IMG/VR virus record: IMGVR_UViG_3300043449_002191
Span: 1-64,000 of that record
Reading direction: 5' to 3' (one strand)
Source: a virus
DNA: 64,000 nt
In this document: positions 39,708 through 49,654 of the stretch, one piece after another
Layout: each line of letters starts with the position of its first letter
How positions within the stretch are numbered: the first letter of the stretch is position 1
Translations under genes and position numbers: made by a program
The notes under the pieces: generated by a model
What the model saw: only the letters and a program-made list of their open reading frames with translations
The model's database searches: none
Told to the model about the DNA's origin: nothing

Positions 39708-39752
39708 TCTTATTAGTATCTATATATCTGCCGATTCAGGAGCATATTGTAA

Positions 39753-42368
39753 ATGTCTATTCCAAAAAAGTCTATTCCAAAATCAGTATCTGACAAGATG
39801 CCATCTTCTGTTACTGAAAGTTTAAATAAAGCCCAAAAAGCAGTGACTTCTTCTATAGTAGATATATTAAAAGCTCAGACACAAGCTGCTATTGACTCAA
39901 ACTTAATGTCTAATTTTTCTCGATTAAAAAACACTGATTTTAATGCAAGTGTTAATGAAGATTTTTTTGTCAGATGGGAAGCTTTAGATAAAATTGATTA
40001 TAACGCCTCTTATTCTTATGATCTTCTTATTGTAGATAATGATACAAGCAAAATTAAGCATTCCTATACTTTCCCCATAAATCCTTCGTCAATAAGTATT
40101 AATGTACCAAGTGCGTCAAGTATTGAAACAACAATGAAGGGTATCGTGGTAACTGAAAATGGAGCGCCTCTCAGACAGATATCAATTAGCGGAACTACAG
40201 GTACAGCACCAGTTAGAAACTTTGGTACAACAGGGGCTGATAAAAGTGAAACAGAAAAAACATTAAATTATCTGTTTAAAAATACTATTAAAGCGGTAGA
40301 TACACTTAAAGAAACCTATAAAAAAGCTCAATCTGTCGGAAGTCAACCAAATGGAGGGTTTGAAGGCCCCTTAAATTTAGAATTCTCAGAAACTTATAAA
40401 ATATCTGTTACTGGATATGAAAGTATACACGATTTAGCCAGATTTTTAGATATTTATATGGCTCTTAAAAAACAATCTCAATACAGATCTTATAGGCTTA
40501 TTTTGGCCATGCATAAAGATCAAATGTATTATAAATGTAAATTAGACAATTATTCTATTACCAAACAGGCCGGAACATTAGAATATAGCTATAACATTAA
40601 TTTCACAGCTTTCCAAAGATTGCCAAATATAAATGAGTATATTGGTAAAAATGGAAGAAAGCCAAAGAATGGTTTAGGGGATTCAAGAAATGCATTAAGC
40701 GCAATAAGTCAGGCATTTGCTTCAATTAAAAAAACTAGACAAATACTTGCAGACGCTCGAAATGTTTTAAAAGGTATAAGAGGCGATATCAATGATAGTA
40801 TTATACAGCCAATGAGTGATATGAATTTAGCCTTAAAAGACATACTAGGGATTGCAATGGATGCATCTGATTTCTATAATCACGGTACAGCTCAGTTTAA
40901 TAATGCTATAATTCACGCCTTAGCTACAAATCAGGCTTTTACAGCAGAAGGTGTTCAAGGTGAGGATACTATCGGTGGAACTCCTAGTATGATAGGTTCT
41001 GCAAAAGAAGATTTAGATAATAAAAGAGCTGAAAATACCCCAGATGTGGAAGAATCCAGAACACCAAATGCAAGTCCGACTCAAATCATAAAACAAGACC
41101 CACTGGCATTTCAAAGGCTTCTAGAAAAGATTGATTTAGACACATTAGAGCTAACCGAAGAAACTAAAGATTTAATAGACCAAAGGCTGGATGAAGTTAG
41201 AGCATTAACTTCTGTTGATTTCATGCAAAGGCGTGAATTAGTAGCCGATTGCGTTAGATCTATATCTGAAGCTTTTGGCGGTGGTTCTACTACATATAAT
41301 AGAATCATGGGCGTAGAAGAGCCTAAATTTACATATAAAAAACTTACAGTTGATGACATTATCCTATTAAAATCCTTAAATGACGCTGTACTGGCATTTG
41401 ATTCTTTTTGTGCCCATCTAGAAGAAGCTGAAAATGAAGTACAGGAAGACTATTATAGTTTTTACCAAGACTATGCTATTTCTGCAGGAATTCCATTTGA
41501 AACTAACTCATCCAGATTCTTTGTGCCGTTTCCATATGAAGCCACATTAGAGCAAGTAGCCTCACAATATTTGGGTGACCCTGAAAGATGGATTGAAATT
41601 GCAGCAGTGAATGGATTGAAGGCACCATATATAGACGAAATTGGTATAGAAATACCAGTCACAGCTAGTTCGGGCGGCAATACCTTAACAGTCTCTTCAG
41701 ATTTAGGGTTTTACGTAGGACAAGTTGTACAAATATTCTCTGATACTCAAAAGACTATTAGACGAAAAGTCAGGTCATTAGATGTGTTTTCTGCAATAGA
41801 AACCATTATAACTTTTGAAGAATCAGACGATAGCGTTAATTTAAGCCTTTATAAACCTTCTCAAAACGCTAAAATCAGGCGATATGCACCTAATACGGTT
41901 AATTCTAATATGCTAATTGCTATTCCATCAAATACACCTGCTACATTTAAGAACATTAAAACTTCACCTGAAATATCTCAATTAAATGGGCTAGCTCGGA
42001 TGGCCGGAATAGATATGATGTTAAGCAGCTCAGGAGATATCATTTTAATGGGTGGTGGTGAAGTCAAAATGGCAACTGGACTAACTAATATAATTCAAGC
42101 GGCTATGCTGAAATTAAACACAAAGCTTGGTTCCATGATTCAGCATCCAGACTATGGTAATGGCATAGAAGCAGGCAACCCTACATCGGAAGTTGACTTA
42201 AATAGCGTTATTCAAGATATTAATAACTCATTTGGCGATGATGAAAGATTTAGCGATATAATAGGCGTAGAGGTTAAAAAAGAAGGCCCAAGTCTATCAG
42301 TCTCGATCTTAGTAGGGCTTAGTGAAACTGATGTAGTTTTACCTATTTCAGCACAAGTTCCGATTTAA
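39753..42368 (+). CDS. Fused tube-initiator / LysM-like / gp25-like baseplate protein
   Basis: FPINPSSISI..ISISGTTG; TLEQVASQYLGDPERWIEIAAVNGL; LKLNTKLGSMIQHPDYG..DERF. Confidence 0.7.
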   Translation: MSIPKKSIPKSVSDKMPSSVTESLNKAQKAVTSSIVDILKAQTQAAIDSNLMSNFSRLKNTDFNASVNEDFFVRWEALDKIDYNASYSYDLLIVDNDTSKIKHSYTFPINPSSISINVPSASSIETTMKGIVVTENGAPLRQISISGTTGTAPVRNFGTTGADKSETEKTLNYLFKNTIKAVDTLKETYKKAQSVGSQPNGGFEGPLNLEFSETYKISVTGYESIHDLARFLDIYMALKKQSQYRSYRLILAMHKDQMYYKCKLDNYSITKQAGTLEYSYNINFTAFQRLPNINEYIGKNGRKPKNGLGDSRNALSAISQAFASIKKTRQILADARNVLKGIRGDINDSIIQPMSDMNLALKDILGIAMDASDFYNHGTAQFNNAIIHALATNQAFTAEGVQGEDTIGGTPSMIGSAKEDLDNKRAENTPDVEESRTPNASPTQIIKQDPLAFQRLLEKIDLDTLELTEETKDLIDQRLDEVRALTSVDFMQRRELVADCVRSISEAFGGGSTTYNRIMGVEEPKFTYKKLTVDDIILLKSLNDAVLAFDSFCAHLEEAENEVQEDYYSFYQDYAISAGIPFETNSSRFFVPFPYEATLEQVASQYLGDPERWIEIAAVNGLKAPYIDEIGIEIPVTASSGGNTLTVSSDLGFYVGQVVQIFSDTQKTIRRKVRSLDVFSAIETIITFEESDDSVNLSLYKPSQNAKIRRYAPNTVNSNMLIAIPSNTPATFKNIKTSPEISQLNGLARMAGIDMMLSSSGDIILMGGGEVKMATGLTNIIQAAMLKLNTKLGSMIQHPDYGNGIEAGNPTSEVDLNSVIQDINNSFGDDERFSDIIGVEVKKEGPSLSVSILVGLSETDVVLPISAQVPI

Positions 42369-42406
42369 TCCTAATCTTATAACTATATAAACCAAGAGAT
42401 TAAAGC

Positions 42407-45400
42407 ATGGCAAATACACCTGATTTACGTTCACAAGAACAGATTACGGCTCAAATTGTAGACTCATTCTTAGCTCGTTTAGGAAAAGACATTGATCTTA
42501 ACAAAGGTTCAGTCATTTCTCAATTAATCGAAGCTTTTGGTCGTAATATGTTTACATCTACTGCAGATATTATCATGATGATTGATGCATTGTCTGTAGA
42601 TAGAGCTGAAGGTGAATCACTCCAAAGATTAGCAAGAGATAAGAATGTACCAATCTTACCAGCTTTATCTTCTACTGGAAAAGTAACAGTAACTGATACT
42701 TCTTTCCAGAAAATCTCTAGTAGCGTATATGCTGGTCAACCAGCTCCAGTTGCAGGCAGCTTAAAGATCTATGTTTCAGATGCTTCTAAAATGCCAGATG
42801 CTGGTTCTATTTACTTAGGTCGTGGAACTAAAAACATTGAAGGTCCACTCGAATACACATCTAAGACTTCTGAAGCAAGCGGTGCATACTGGTCATTAAC
42901 TTTAGCTCCAACTTCCCCAACCACAAAGTTCCATAACATTGGTGAGCTAGTTATTTTAGCTCAAGGTGGTAACAGGGAAATTGCAATCGGTACAACTGTA
43001 CAAACTCCACAAGGTTCTGCTGCATCGGCTGTTGTTTTTACTACTACTTCAAAAGCTGTTATATTAGATGGTGAAACTACAGTCACCAACATCCCAGTCA
43101 AGTGTAAACAGCTTGGCTCAGTTGGTAACGTACCTAAAGGCGCAATTAAAGACGTAGTTGGTCTACCTTTCGAAGCATCTGTTACTAACGACTTTGCCTT
43201 TTCTAATGGTAGAGAAGCTGATACAGATGATGACATCAGAACACGTATTAAATTATATGAACAAGCTAAAGCAAAAGGTACTGAACTTGCTATTCAATAT
43301 GCAACTATCGGTGCATTTGCTAAAGACGAACTTAAAAAAGTTAAATCATCCTCGATAGTTCGTTATACTGATAACTCTACTGCCATTGTTTTTGATGATG
43401 GTAGCGGATATGAGCCTAATTATCAAGGTTCTACTTACGAAGTTATTATTGATTCCGCAGTAGGCGGAGAACGTGAAGTCCAGTTAAGACAAAAGCCATT
43501 AGCTCAGGCTAGAACTAAGTCTATCAATGCTGGACCTTATCCGATGACTGAAGGTTCATACATTGCCTGCGTCATTAATAATGTATACTCTGAGCATTTG
43601 TTTCAATTATCAGATTTCAAAGTCCCAAGCTCAGCTACAGTTGAAGAGATTGCTGCATCTATTAATGGTGACGTTAATTGTAACTTTCTCTGTTCTACAG
43701 CAGAAAACAGAACCAAGCTAGTTCTTTACCCTAAAGACAGAGATGCCAATAATATTAAAGTTGTTGTGCCATCTGACAGTAAACCAAATGCAAATGAAGT
43801 CTTAGGATTCTCAGCTGCAGAAGAAGTTACTATTAGACTATATATCAATGATGTGCCATTATTTCAAGATGGTCTATACGCTAAAGTTACTACTTTACCT
43901 AAGTCTGAGTGGGGAGTTATCATTGAAGGCGAAACACTTTCATACATTGTTGATGGAACTACTGAAGTTTCTGTTACATTTATGGATTCGCATTTCCAAG
44001 CAGTAGACTCAAATGCTACGGCAAGTTCTTTGACTGATATTGAAACATGGGCTCAAGTTATGACTAACTTGATGCCTGGGGTTACTGCAAACGTGGTAGG
44101 GGATAAGATTGACCTTATTTCCAACAAAGCCAATGATGATTCTGCGGCTATTGAAATCACAGGCGGAACTCTTAGGAATCTTGTGTTCTCAGTAGATGAA
44201 ACACTATACCAAACTGGTAGAACTCCTGACTTCACATTAAATAAACAAACTGGCCAAATTGCTTTCAAGAATCCCTTGTCAACAAAAGATAAGCTTACTG
44301 CAGGTTCACAGTTCACTAGAGCAAACGTATTTACTTCATCGCTTCCAGTAGGTGCTGGTTCTGATGGAAGATTCTGGGCAGTAATTGATGGCGATGCTAA
44401 ATCTATCAATAACACTTTAAAGCCCACTACTCAGTTAACCTTTGGAAAAATTGGCACTAAACTTACACTTACAGCCACTACACCTGGCCTTGATCCAGAA
44501 GGTTTTGATGATGTGCAAAAAGGCGACTGGCTACTTGTTTGGGCCAATTCTACTGATAACTCAGCCCTTATTGCTAACCAAGGTTTTTGGCGAGTAGAGT
44601 CTACTCAAGTTGGCGAGATCATTGTTGATGATGGCATCACACCTAGATCATCTTTGCTTACTTCTTTCAATTCTATTTCTAGCCGCATTGTTATTGTTAG
44701 ATCTACTGCACCTATGCAGAAAGTGACATATACTTCAGGCATGACTTTACCACAACTTAGAGCCCATATTGAAGATACTTTAATTGGGTCTGAAGTTGAT
44801 ATCGTAGGGTCTAAGCTTAGAATTAGCACTAAATCATATGACTCAAACGGCGAAGTGTTTATTGTTGCTGCAGATCTTGGTGGAGAAGCTTTAGGTCTAA
44901 CTCTTTCAACAGCATATAAAAACGTAACTTCGCATTATGCTTATATCACTCAATCTGCCGAAGCTAACGTAAATACATTTACCCATGGCGCATTTGGTCC
45001 AGCTATTTCTTATACTGAATTTAAAGATCTTAATTATGAGAATATTGGCGGAACTGCTGATGACATTATAACTATCCTACCTAAGCATGATTTAGCAAAC
45101 GATACCTTTTTACCTGAAACTAATGAAAAACGTAGAGCATTTGTTACAAGTTTTGAGAAACAATCTCTTACAGACTATCGTCTAAGCTTAAAGGTTCCTA
45201 ACTTTCTAAACAGTGAAGGAAGCGTAATCCAAGAGGACGACAGGTATTATCTAAGATCTGCATATAAATTTGATTCAAGGGACAATACAACTATAGTAAT
45301 TGACGGAGACAATGTAACTAAAGCTTACTCCTTACCAGTTTCTAGAAAGTTATATGTATCTGACCACTCAACTCCTACACCTAATGACTTCAGTGCCGCT

Positions 45401-48400
45401 GACCTAGAATCCAGTCTAGACCTTAATGATCAAGCTTCATTTTATGATTTTGATTTCTCTAACTTTAAAGTTCATAGACAAGCTTCTCAGATTTTAACTG
45501 ACGGTACATACTCTATTAAGTTTAAATCAGCTGAGTTTGGACCTGTTGGTAACTCGATGAGAGTTGGATTCGTCTATCCATCATCTACAGCACAGCAAGA
45601 ACTTTCCCACTCATTCAGCGTAAGTGATGCGATTGATACCTCGATTGTTTTGCCTGTTACCGAAGATAAAACAGCTACATGGGATTCAACCAGTTCTTTC
45701 ACTGTAGAAGTATTATCCACTTCAGGTGGTAAAGATGCTGTTAAATTTACATGGAGAGCAGGCACCGAGCCAGACTTTTCTTCAACAGGAACAGCTGCAC
45801 AAGAAGGCGATATTCTTATTATTACAGACCTTGCCAACTTTTTAGAAGCCAATAAAGGTATCACCGCTAAGATTACTGAAGTTAATCCTACGTCATTAAC
45901 TATTGAAATGCCTACAGGAAAAGCCCAGACTGATAATATGTCTGCTTCAAGTATGGTAAACTATAATGGCAAAATCACTATTACTTTCGCATCTGCCCAT
46001 AATATAATAGATGGCCAAAGAGTAGGACTTTGGAACACTTCTTCGCCAAACGGTGCTACATTTCCATTTAATCAAAGCTATGTAGCTAAAGTTTTAAACG
46101 CTACACAAATTGAACTTCAGACTCCATTGTCAACTCCAGGTGGTTCAATTGCAACTATTTCTAGAACTAGCAATATTGTTACAGTTAAAACAAACCAAGA
46201 TCATGGTCTAGCTGCTGGCAATATTATTAATATCAGCGGATTAAGCGATAACTCATTAAATGGAACTGTATCTGTATTTTCAGTTTCAATTACCGACCCA
46301 CAGGTATTCAAGTATATCAAATCTGGCTCTAATACAGCTTTCACTAACACTGGACGCTTTGATTATCAGTCTTATGTAGACGGAACTACTTCTGCAGTTA
46401 TCAGTACAGTATCTAAGTCTGGAACTACAGTCACAGCAACTACCGCAGCAAATCATGGCTTTCAAATCGGTGATTTAGTTAAAATTCAGAATATCACTAT
46501 TGGTGCATGGAACAATGCAACGTCTTATGCTATTGATGATGTCGTGTCTACAGCTGGAAATAATTATATAGCTAGGGCCGCAAATACAAACTCTGACCCA
46601 TTATCAAATCCAGCAATCTGGGATATTACAACAATAGACCTAACTGGTACATTTATTGTTGAAACTACTCCAGCATTAAATCAATTTACATATTTCTATG
46701 GATATAGTGGAGCCGCAACTGGTACAGGAGGCTCGGCTACTGAACAAGTATCTTCTGCTTCTGTGGCTAGATCATTAGGCGCTGCAGTTACTTCTAATAT
46801 GCAAATTGGTGCAGTAGGAACTACGGTTCAAGAAGTTATTGATTATTGTGCATCTAATATCAGTGATAAGCTTTTGGCAGAACTTGGTTCAGGGTCTGCT
46901 TTAGCTACAATCAGTGAGTCTACTGCAGATACCTTGGGACTTGCTAGTGACTATATTTCTACTACTATTTCAAAGATTAAAACTGTCCAAAATAGCCGTA
47001 AAGCAAGTTTTGTTACAGCAGATCTTATCCTAAAAGGTTCGTCTATCACAGTGACTGGTCTAGCTACTTCAAGCTACAACAATACTTATACTGTACTAGA
47101 TTCGTATATTGATCCATTGACTTCTGAAAAAATTGCAGTAGTTCAAACAACTGTTACTGGAGCATTAACTCAAACTATTACTGATGTAGGCTCTGTAGGT
47201 GGAACGACTCCGATGCTGATGCTTGAGGATGGTGAGAATTCAATCGAATCTAATAATCTCACTACTTTATCCGGCATCCCAATGTTTTACGTTAAAACTC
47301 CTTGGAAGTCTGCTCCTACTATTAGTGATGAAATTAGGCTTGTAGCTAAAACTAATGACCATATCAATAGACTTTGGAACAAGCTTATTGTAACTGGATT
47401 AAGCAATATCGCTAAAGTTGATCAGTCTAAGTATGATGAAAGCTTACAGCTAACCACTAAACTTTTTGGTGGTGCAGGTAGCATTGAAATGGTTGGCGGT
47501 ACAGCAAACACTTTGAATCTGGCTCTTTCATCTGCAGGTAAAGAGTATAATGGCAAATTCGGTCAAATCCAAGTTCCTTACGAGATCCGCAGAGGTCTAG
47601 TCAATGGCCAATGGATTAATATCAATAATACCGTTAAAAATAATAAGAGTCTTGGTCTTAGCACAAATACGGCTATTACATTGACTGGCTCTACCGCTGC
47701 TATCGCATCAGGCACTGGCACTTTCCAAACTATTAGAGCTTCTACTCACACTGCTGCAACTAAAGTTAAGTTTGAAAAGCAAGGCGACTTTGTTGCTATC
47801 ATTGCAGTCGATGGACCTACTTTTGGTTTTAGCTCTGCTGGCATCAAAGAGGGTGACTGGCTCAGAATTGATAATGAGGCTGGTTTAAATACTTCAGGAG
47901 ATTCTACTGGACTTTGGTCTTCCAGCACTACTTATCCATTAAGCGCAAGAATTAAGTACAACAATACTTATTACATCAGCCTTCAGAATGGTAACCTTAA
48001 TAAAAATCCTGCAGCATTTCCTGCTTATTGGGAAGTCAATGAAGTCAGCGCTAATAATGAGGGTATCTTCCAAGTCGTAAGAGTTTTTGGTGATGACACT
48101 GTATATATTCAGATAAGCAATCCTGTTGAAGAAATAGTTGAGCTTGGCCACGTAGATGCATTGACTTTTTACAGCTATGACTCTGTAATGCCTGGAGATA
48201 AACTGATCATAAGTACTAATGCTTTTGGTGTACAAAATACTGGCACTTATACTGTAGCGGATTTTAATATCCAATCAAGCAACTTGACTTCAACCGTAAT
48301 TACCTTGGACGATGTTGTCCCTAATCCTCCTACAGGTTCAGTTGGGTTAGCTGGAGACTTTGGTCAATTCAACGTGGAGGCTAAGAGCTTTGTTTCCTTG

Positions 48401-48979
48401 TGGAAGCGTATCGCAGCTATGGGGCCATCGCTTAACAATGAGCTTATTATTTTACTTGATAGCCCTGAGTTAACTGATCGTGTTGGTGAAAACTTCGGTT
48501 CATACTTGTCAGGTAAGTCTAAGCTTGAGTTCCCTGAGTCTATCGCAGTTGGTGTTGACGCTTATAACTACTACAAAGGTCTAATCAAAGAATTGAATAA
48601 AATCATTTACGGAGATTCTACCGATTCAGTCAACTATCCAGGCGTTCGTGCTGCAGGAACTTACATCGACATCAAGCAAGCAATCTTGAAGCGTATCAAA
48701 GTATCCTTCTCAGTAAGACTTAAAACTGGTATCCCATTTGTGGAAGTCCGTGAGCGTATTAAAGCAGCCGTTGCAGGATATGTAAATAACTTAGACGTTG
48801 GTGAATCTGTATCTATTTCTAGAATGATTTCAGCAGCTAATACAGTTGTAGGCGTTATCGCAGTTGCCGTAACTTACCCTACTTACGATGCATCAAATGA
48901 TTTGATCACTGTATCACCGGACGAAAGAGCGTATATTCTTGATACAACGTCCGACATTACCGTATCTGTTATCGAATAA
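42407..48979 (+). CDS. Giant baseplate wedge protein (baseplate J / gp6-like) with a large insertion
   Basis: N-term AEGESLQRLA..GSVGNV..GREADTDDDIRTRI; C-term RAAG..YVNNLDVGESV..VVGV. Confidence 0.85.
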   Translation: MANTPDLRSQEQITAQIVDSFLARLGKDIDLNKGSVISQLIEAFGRNMFTSTADIIMMIDALSVDRAEGESLQRLARDKNVPILPALSSTGKVTVTDTSFQKISSSVYAGQPAPVAGSLKIYVSDASKMPDAGSIYLGRGTKNIEGPLEYTSKTSEASGAYWSLTLAPTSPTTKFHNIGELVILAQGGNREIAIGTTVQTPQGSAASAVVFTTTSKAVILDGETTVTNIPVKCKQLGSVGNVPKGAIKDVVGLPFEASVTNDFAFSNGREADTDDDIRTRIKLYEQAKAKGTELAIQYATIGAFAKDELKKVKSSSIVRYTDNSTAIVFDDGSGYEPNYQGSTYEVIIDSAVGGEREVQLRQKPLAQARTKSINAGPYPMTEGSYIACVINNVYSEHLFQLSDFKVPSSATVEEIAASINGDVNCNFLCSTAENRTKLVLYPKDRDANNIKVVVPSDSKPNANEVLGFSAAEEVTIRLYINDVPLFQDGLYAKVTTLPKSEWGVIIEGETLSYIVDGTTEVSVTFMDSHFQAVDSNATASSLTDIETWAQVMTNLMPGVTANVVGDKIDLISNKANDDSAAIEITGGTLRNLVFSVDETLYQTGRTPDFTLNKQTGQIAFKNPLSTKDKLTAGSQFTRANVFTSSLPVGAGSDGRFWAVIDGDAKSINNTLKPTTQLTFGKIGTKLTLTATTPGLDPEGFDDVQKGDWLLVWANSTDNSALIANQGFWRVESTQVGEIIVDDGITPRSSLLTSFNSISSRIVIVRSTAPMQKVTYTSGMTLPQLRAHIEDTLIGSEVDIVGSKLRISTKSYDSNGEVFIVAADLGGEALGLTLSTAYKNVTSHYAYITQSAEANVNTFTHGAFGPAISYTEFKDLNYENIGGTADDIITILPKHDLANDTFLPETNEKRRAFVTSFEKQSLTDYRLSLKVPNFLNSEGSVIQEDDRYYLRSAYKFDSRDNTTIVIDGDNVTKAYSLPVSRKLYVSDHSTPTPNDFSAADLESSLDLNDQASFYDFDFSNFKVHRQASQILTDGTYSIKFKSAEFGPVGNSMRVGFVYPSSTAQQELSHSFSVSDAIDTSIVLPVTEDKTATWDSTSSFTVEVLSTSGGKDAVKFTWRAGTEPDFSSTGTAAQEGDILIITDLANFLEANKGITAKITEVNPTSLTIEMPTGKAQTDNMSASSMVNYNGKITITFASAHNIIDGQRVGLWNTSSPNGATFPFNQSYVAKVLNATQIELQTPLSTPGGSIATISRTSNIVTVKTNQDHGLAAGNIINISGLSDNSLNGTVSVFSVSITDPQVFKYIKSGSNTAFTNTGRFDYQSYVDGTTSAVISTVSKSGTTVTATTAANHGFQIGDLVKIQNITIGAWNNATSYAIDDVVSTAGNNYIARAANTNSDPLSNPAIWDITTIDLTGTFIVETTPALNQFTYFYGYSGAATGTGGSATEQVSSASVARSLGAAVTSNMQIGAVGTTVQEVIDYCASNISDKLLAELGSGSALATISESTADTLGLASDYISTTISKIKTVQNSRKASFVTADLILKGSSITVTGLATSSYNNTYTVLDSYIDPLTSEKIAVVQTTVTGALTQTITDVGSVGGTTPMLMLEDGENSIESNNLTTLSGIPMFYVKTPWKSAPTISDEIRLVAKTNDHINRLWNKLIVTGLSNIAKVDQSKYDESLQLTTKLFGGAGSIEMVGGTANTLNLALSSAGKEYNGKFGQIQVPYEIRRGLVNGQWININNTVKNNKSLGLSTNTAITLTGSTAAIASGTGTFQTIRASTHTAATKVKFEKQGDFVAIIAVDGPTFGFSSAGIKEGDWLRIDNEAGLNTSGDSTGLWSSSTTYPLSARIKYNNTYYISLQNGNLNKNPAAFPAYWEVNEVSANNEGIFQVVRVFGDDTVYIQISNPVEEIVELGHVDALTFYSYDSVMPGDKLIISTNAFGVQNTGTYTVADFNIQSSNLTSTVITLDDVVPNPPTGSVGLAGDFGQFNVEAKSFVSLWKRIAAMGPSLNNELIILLDSPELTDRVGENFGSYLSGKSKLEFPESIAVGVDAYNYYKGLIKELNKIIYGDSTDSVNYPGVRAAGTYIDIKQAILKRIKVSFSVRLKTGIPFVEVRERIKAAVAGYVNNLDVGESVSISRMISAANTVVGVIAVAVTYPTYDASNDLITVSPDERAYILDTTSDITVSVIE

Positions 48980-49058
48980 AGCGGAGTGGACTGGAAGTAG
49001 TGCCAGCTCAGGCTCATAACCTGAATTCATGGAGGTGCAAGTCCTCCCTCCGCAACCA
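48980..49058 (+). tRNA. tRNA-Met(CAT), probably initiator type
   Basis: AGCGGAG/CTCCGCA acceptor with 1:72 mismatch; TCAGG-CTCATAA-CCTGA; T-arm GGAGG-TGCAAGT-CCTCC; encoded CCA. Confidence 0.9.
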
Positions 49059-49069
49059 ATTTATGGCCT

Positions 49070-49228
49070 TTACCCTCGTAGACCTGAAATGTAAGAAATT
49101 GATACATTATCATAGCCTAATTTTTTTAATTCTTTTCTGATTTTACTTACAGACCAAGTATTTGTTGCAAAAAACTTTACTGAAACGGGGGAATACTTTT
49201 TTGAATAAAACTCTACATAAAAATTCAT
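49070..49228 (-). CDS. 52-aa hypothetical protein (not in ORF track)
   Basis: MNFYVEFYSKKYSPVSVKFFATNTWS..; GGAGG SD; own promoter. Confidence 0.6.
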   Translation of the reverse strand: MNFYVEFYSKKYSPVSVKFFATNTWSVSKIRKELKKLGYDNVSISYISGLRG

Positions 49229-49248
49229 AAAAGCCTCCTGATATATAA

Positions 49249-49277
49249 ATCTTACTAAATAATGCTGTATAAGTCAA
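49249..49277 (-). promoter_or_regulatory. Sigma70-type promoter
   Basis: TTGACT-17 nt-TAAGAT. Confidence 0.65.
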
Positions 49278-49295
49278 TAGTCTAGGTTAATTTTG

Positions 49296-49304
49296 TGCTA
49301 TAAT
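49296..49304 (+). promoter_or_regulatory. Extended -10 promoter for the ncRNA cluster
   Basis: TGCTATAAT directly before the GGA hairpins. Confidence 0.65.
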
Positions 49305-49309
49305 ACTTC

Positions 49310-49385
49310 TATCAGGATGATACTTGACTTAGGATGAGTCCCCAGGGAAGAGTGTTCTCCAAGCTTATGGAAGAGCTTATTTTTG
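49310..49385 (+). ncRNA. CsrA/RsmA-sponge-like sRNA (GGA-loop hairpins)
   Basis: TATC-AGGAT-GATA; GACTT-AGGAT-GAGTC; CAGGGAAG; AAGCTT-ATGGAA-GAGCTT followed by a U-rich run. Confidence 0.6.
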
Positions 49386-49398
49386 TTTGTATTATTTT

Positions 49399-49637
49399 GA
49401 GACCAAGGCGTGAAGTCGCTGTGGACGTAAAGATCGGTATAGCCATTAAAATTCGTGACAGGCACAATACCCCACTGGGACACGCAGAGAGAAGACAATA
49501 CTCGGAGCCGAATGCGAGGGTAATCGGTGGTGCCTCTTTCGTAAGGTTAACTTTTGCGTCCGGTGCGTAATAGCATAGGATAGCAGCCACTTGAACCTCA
49601 GTACGCTCATAGCCGTGGTAGCGTACGGCTGGTCTCG
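49399..49637 (+). ncRNA. Large tRNA-like structured RNA, copy 1
   Basis: GAGACCA/TGGTCTC closing stem; GCCGT-GGTAGCGT-ACGGC arm; GCTGTGGAC and CCACTGGGACACGCA blocks. Confidence 0.7.
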
Positions 49638-49654
49638 CTTTGTTTATTTTATAT

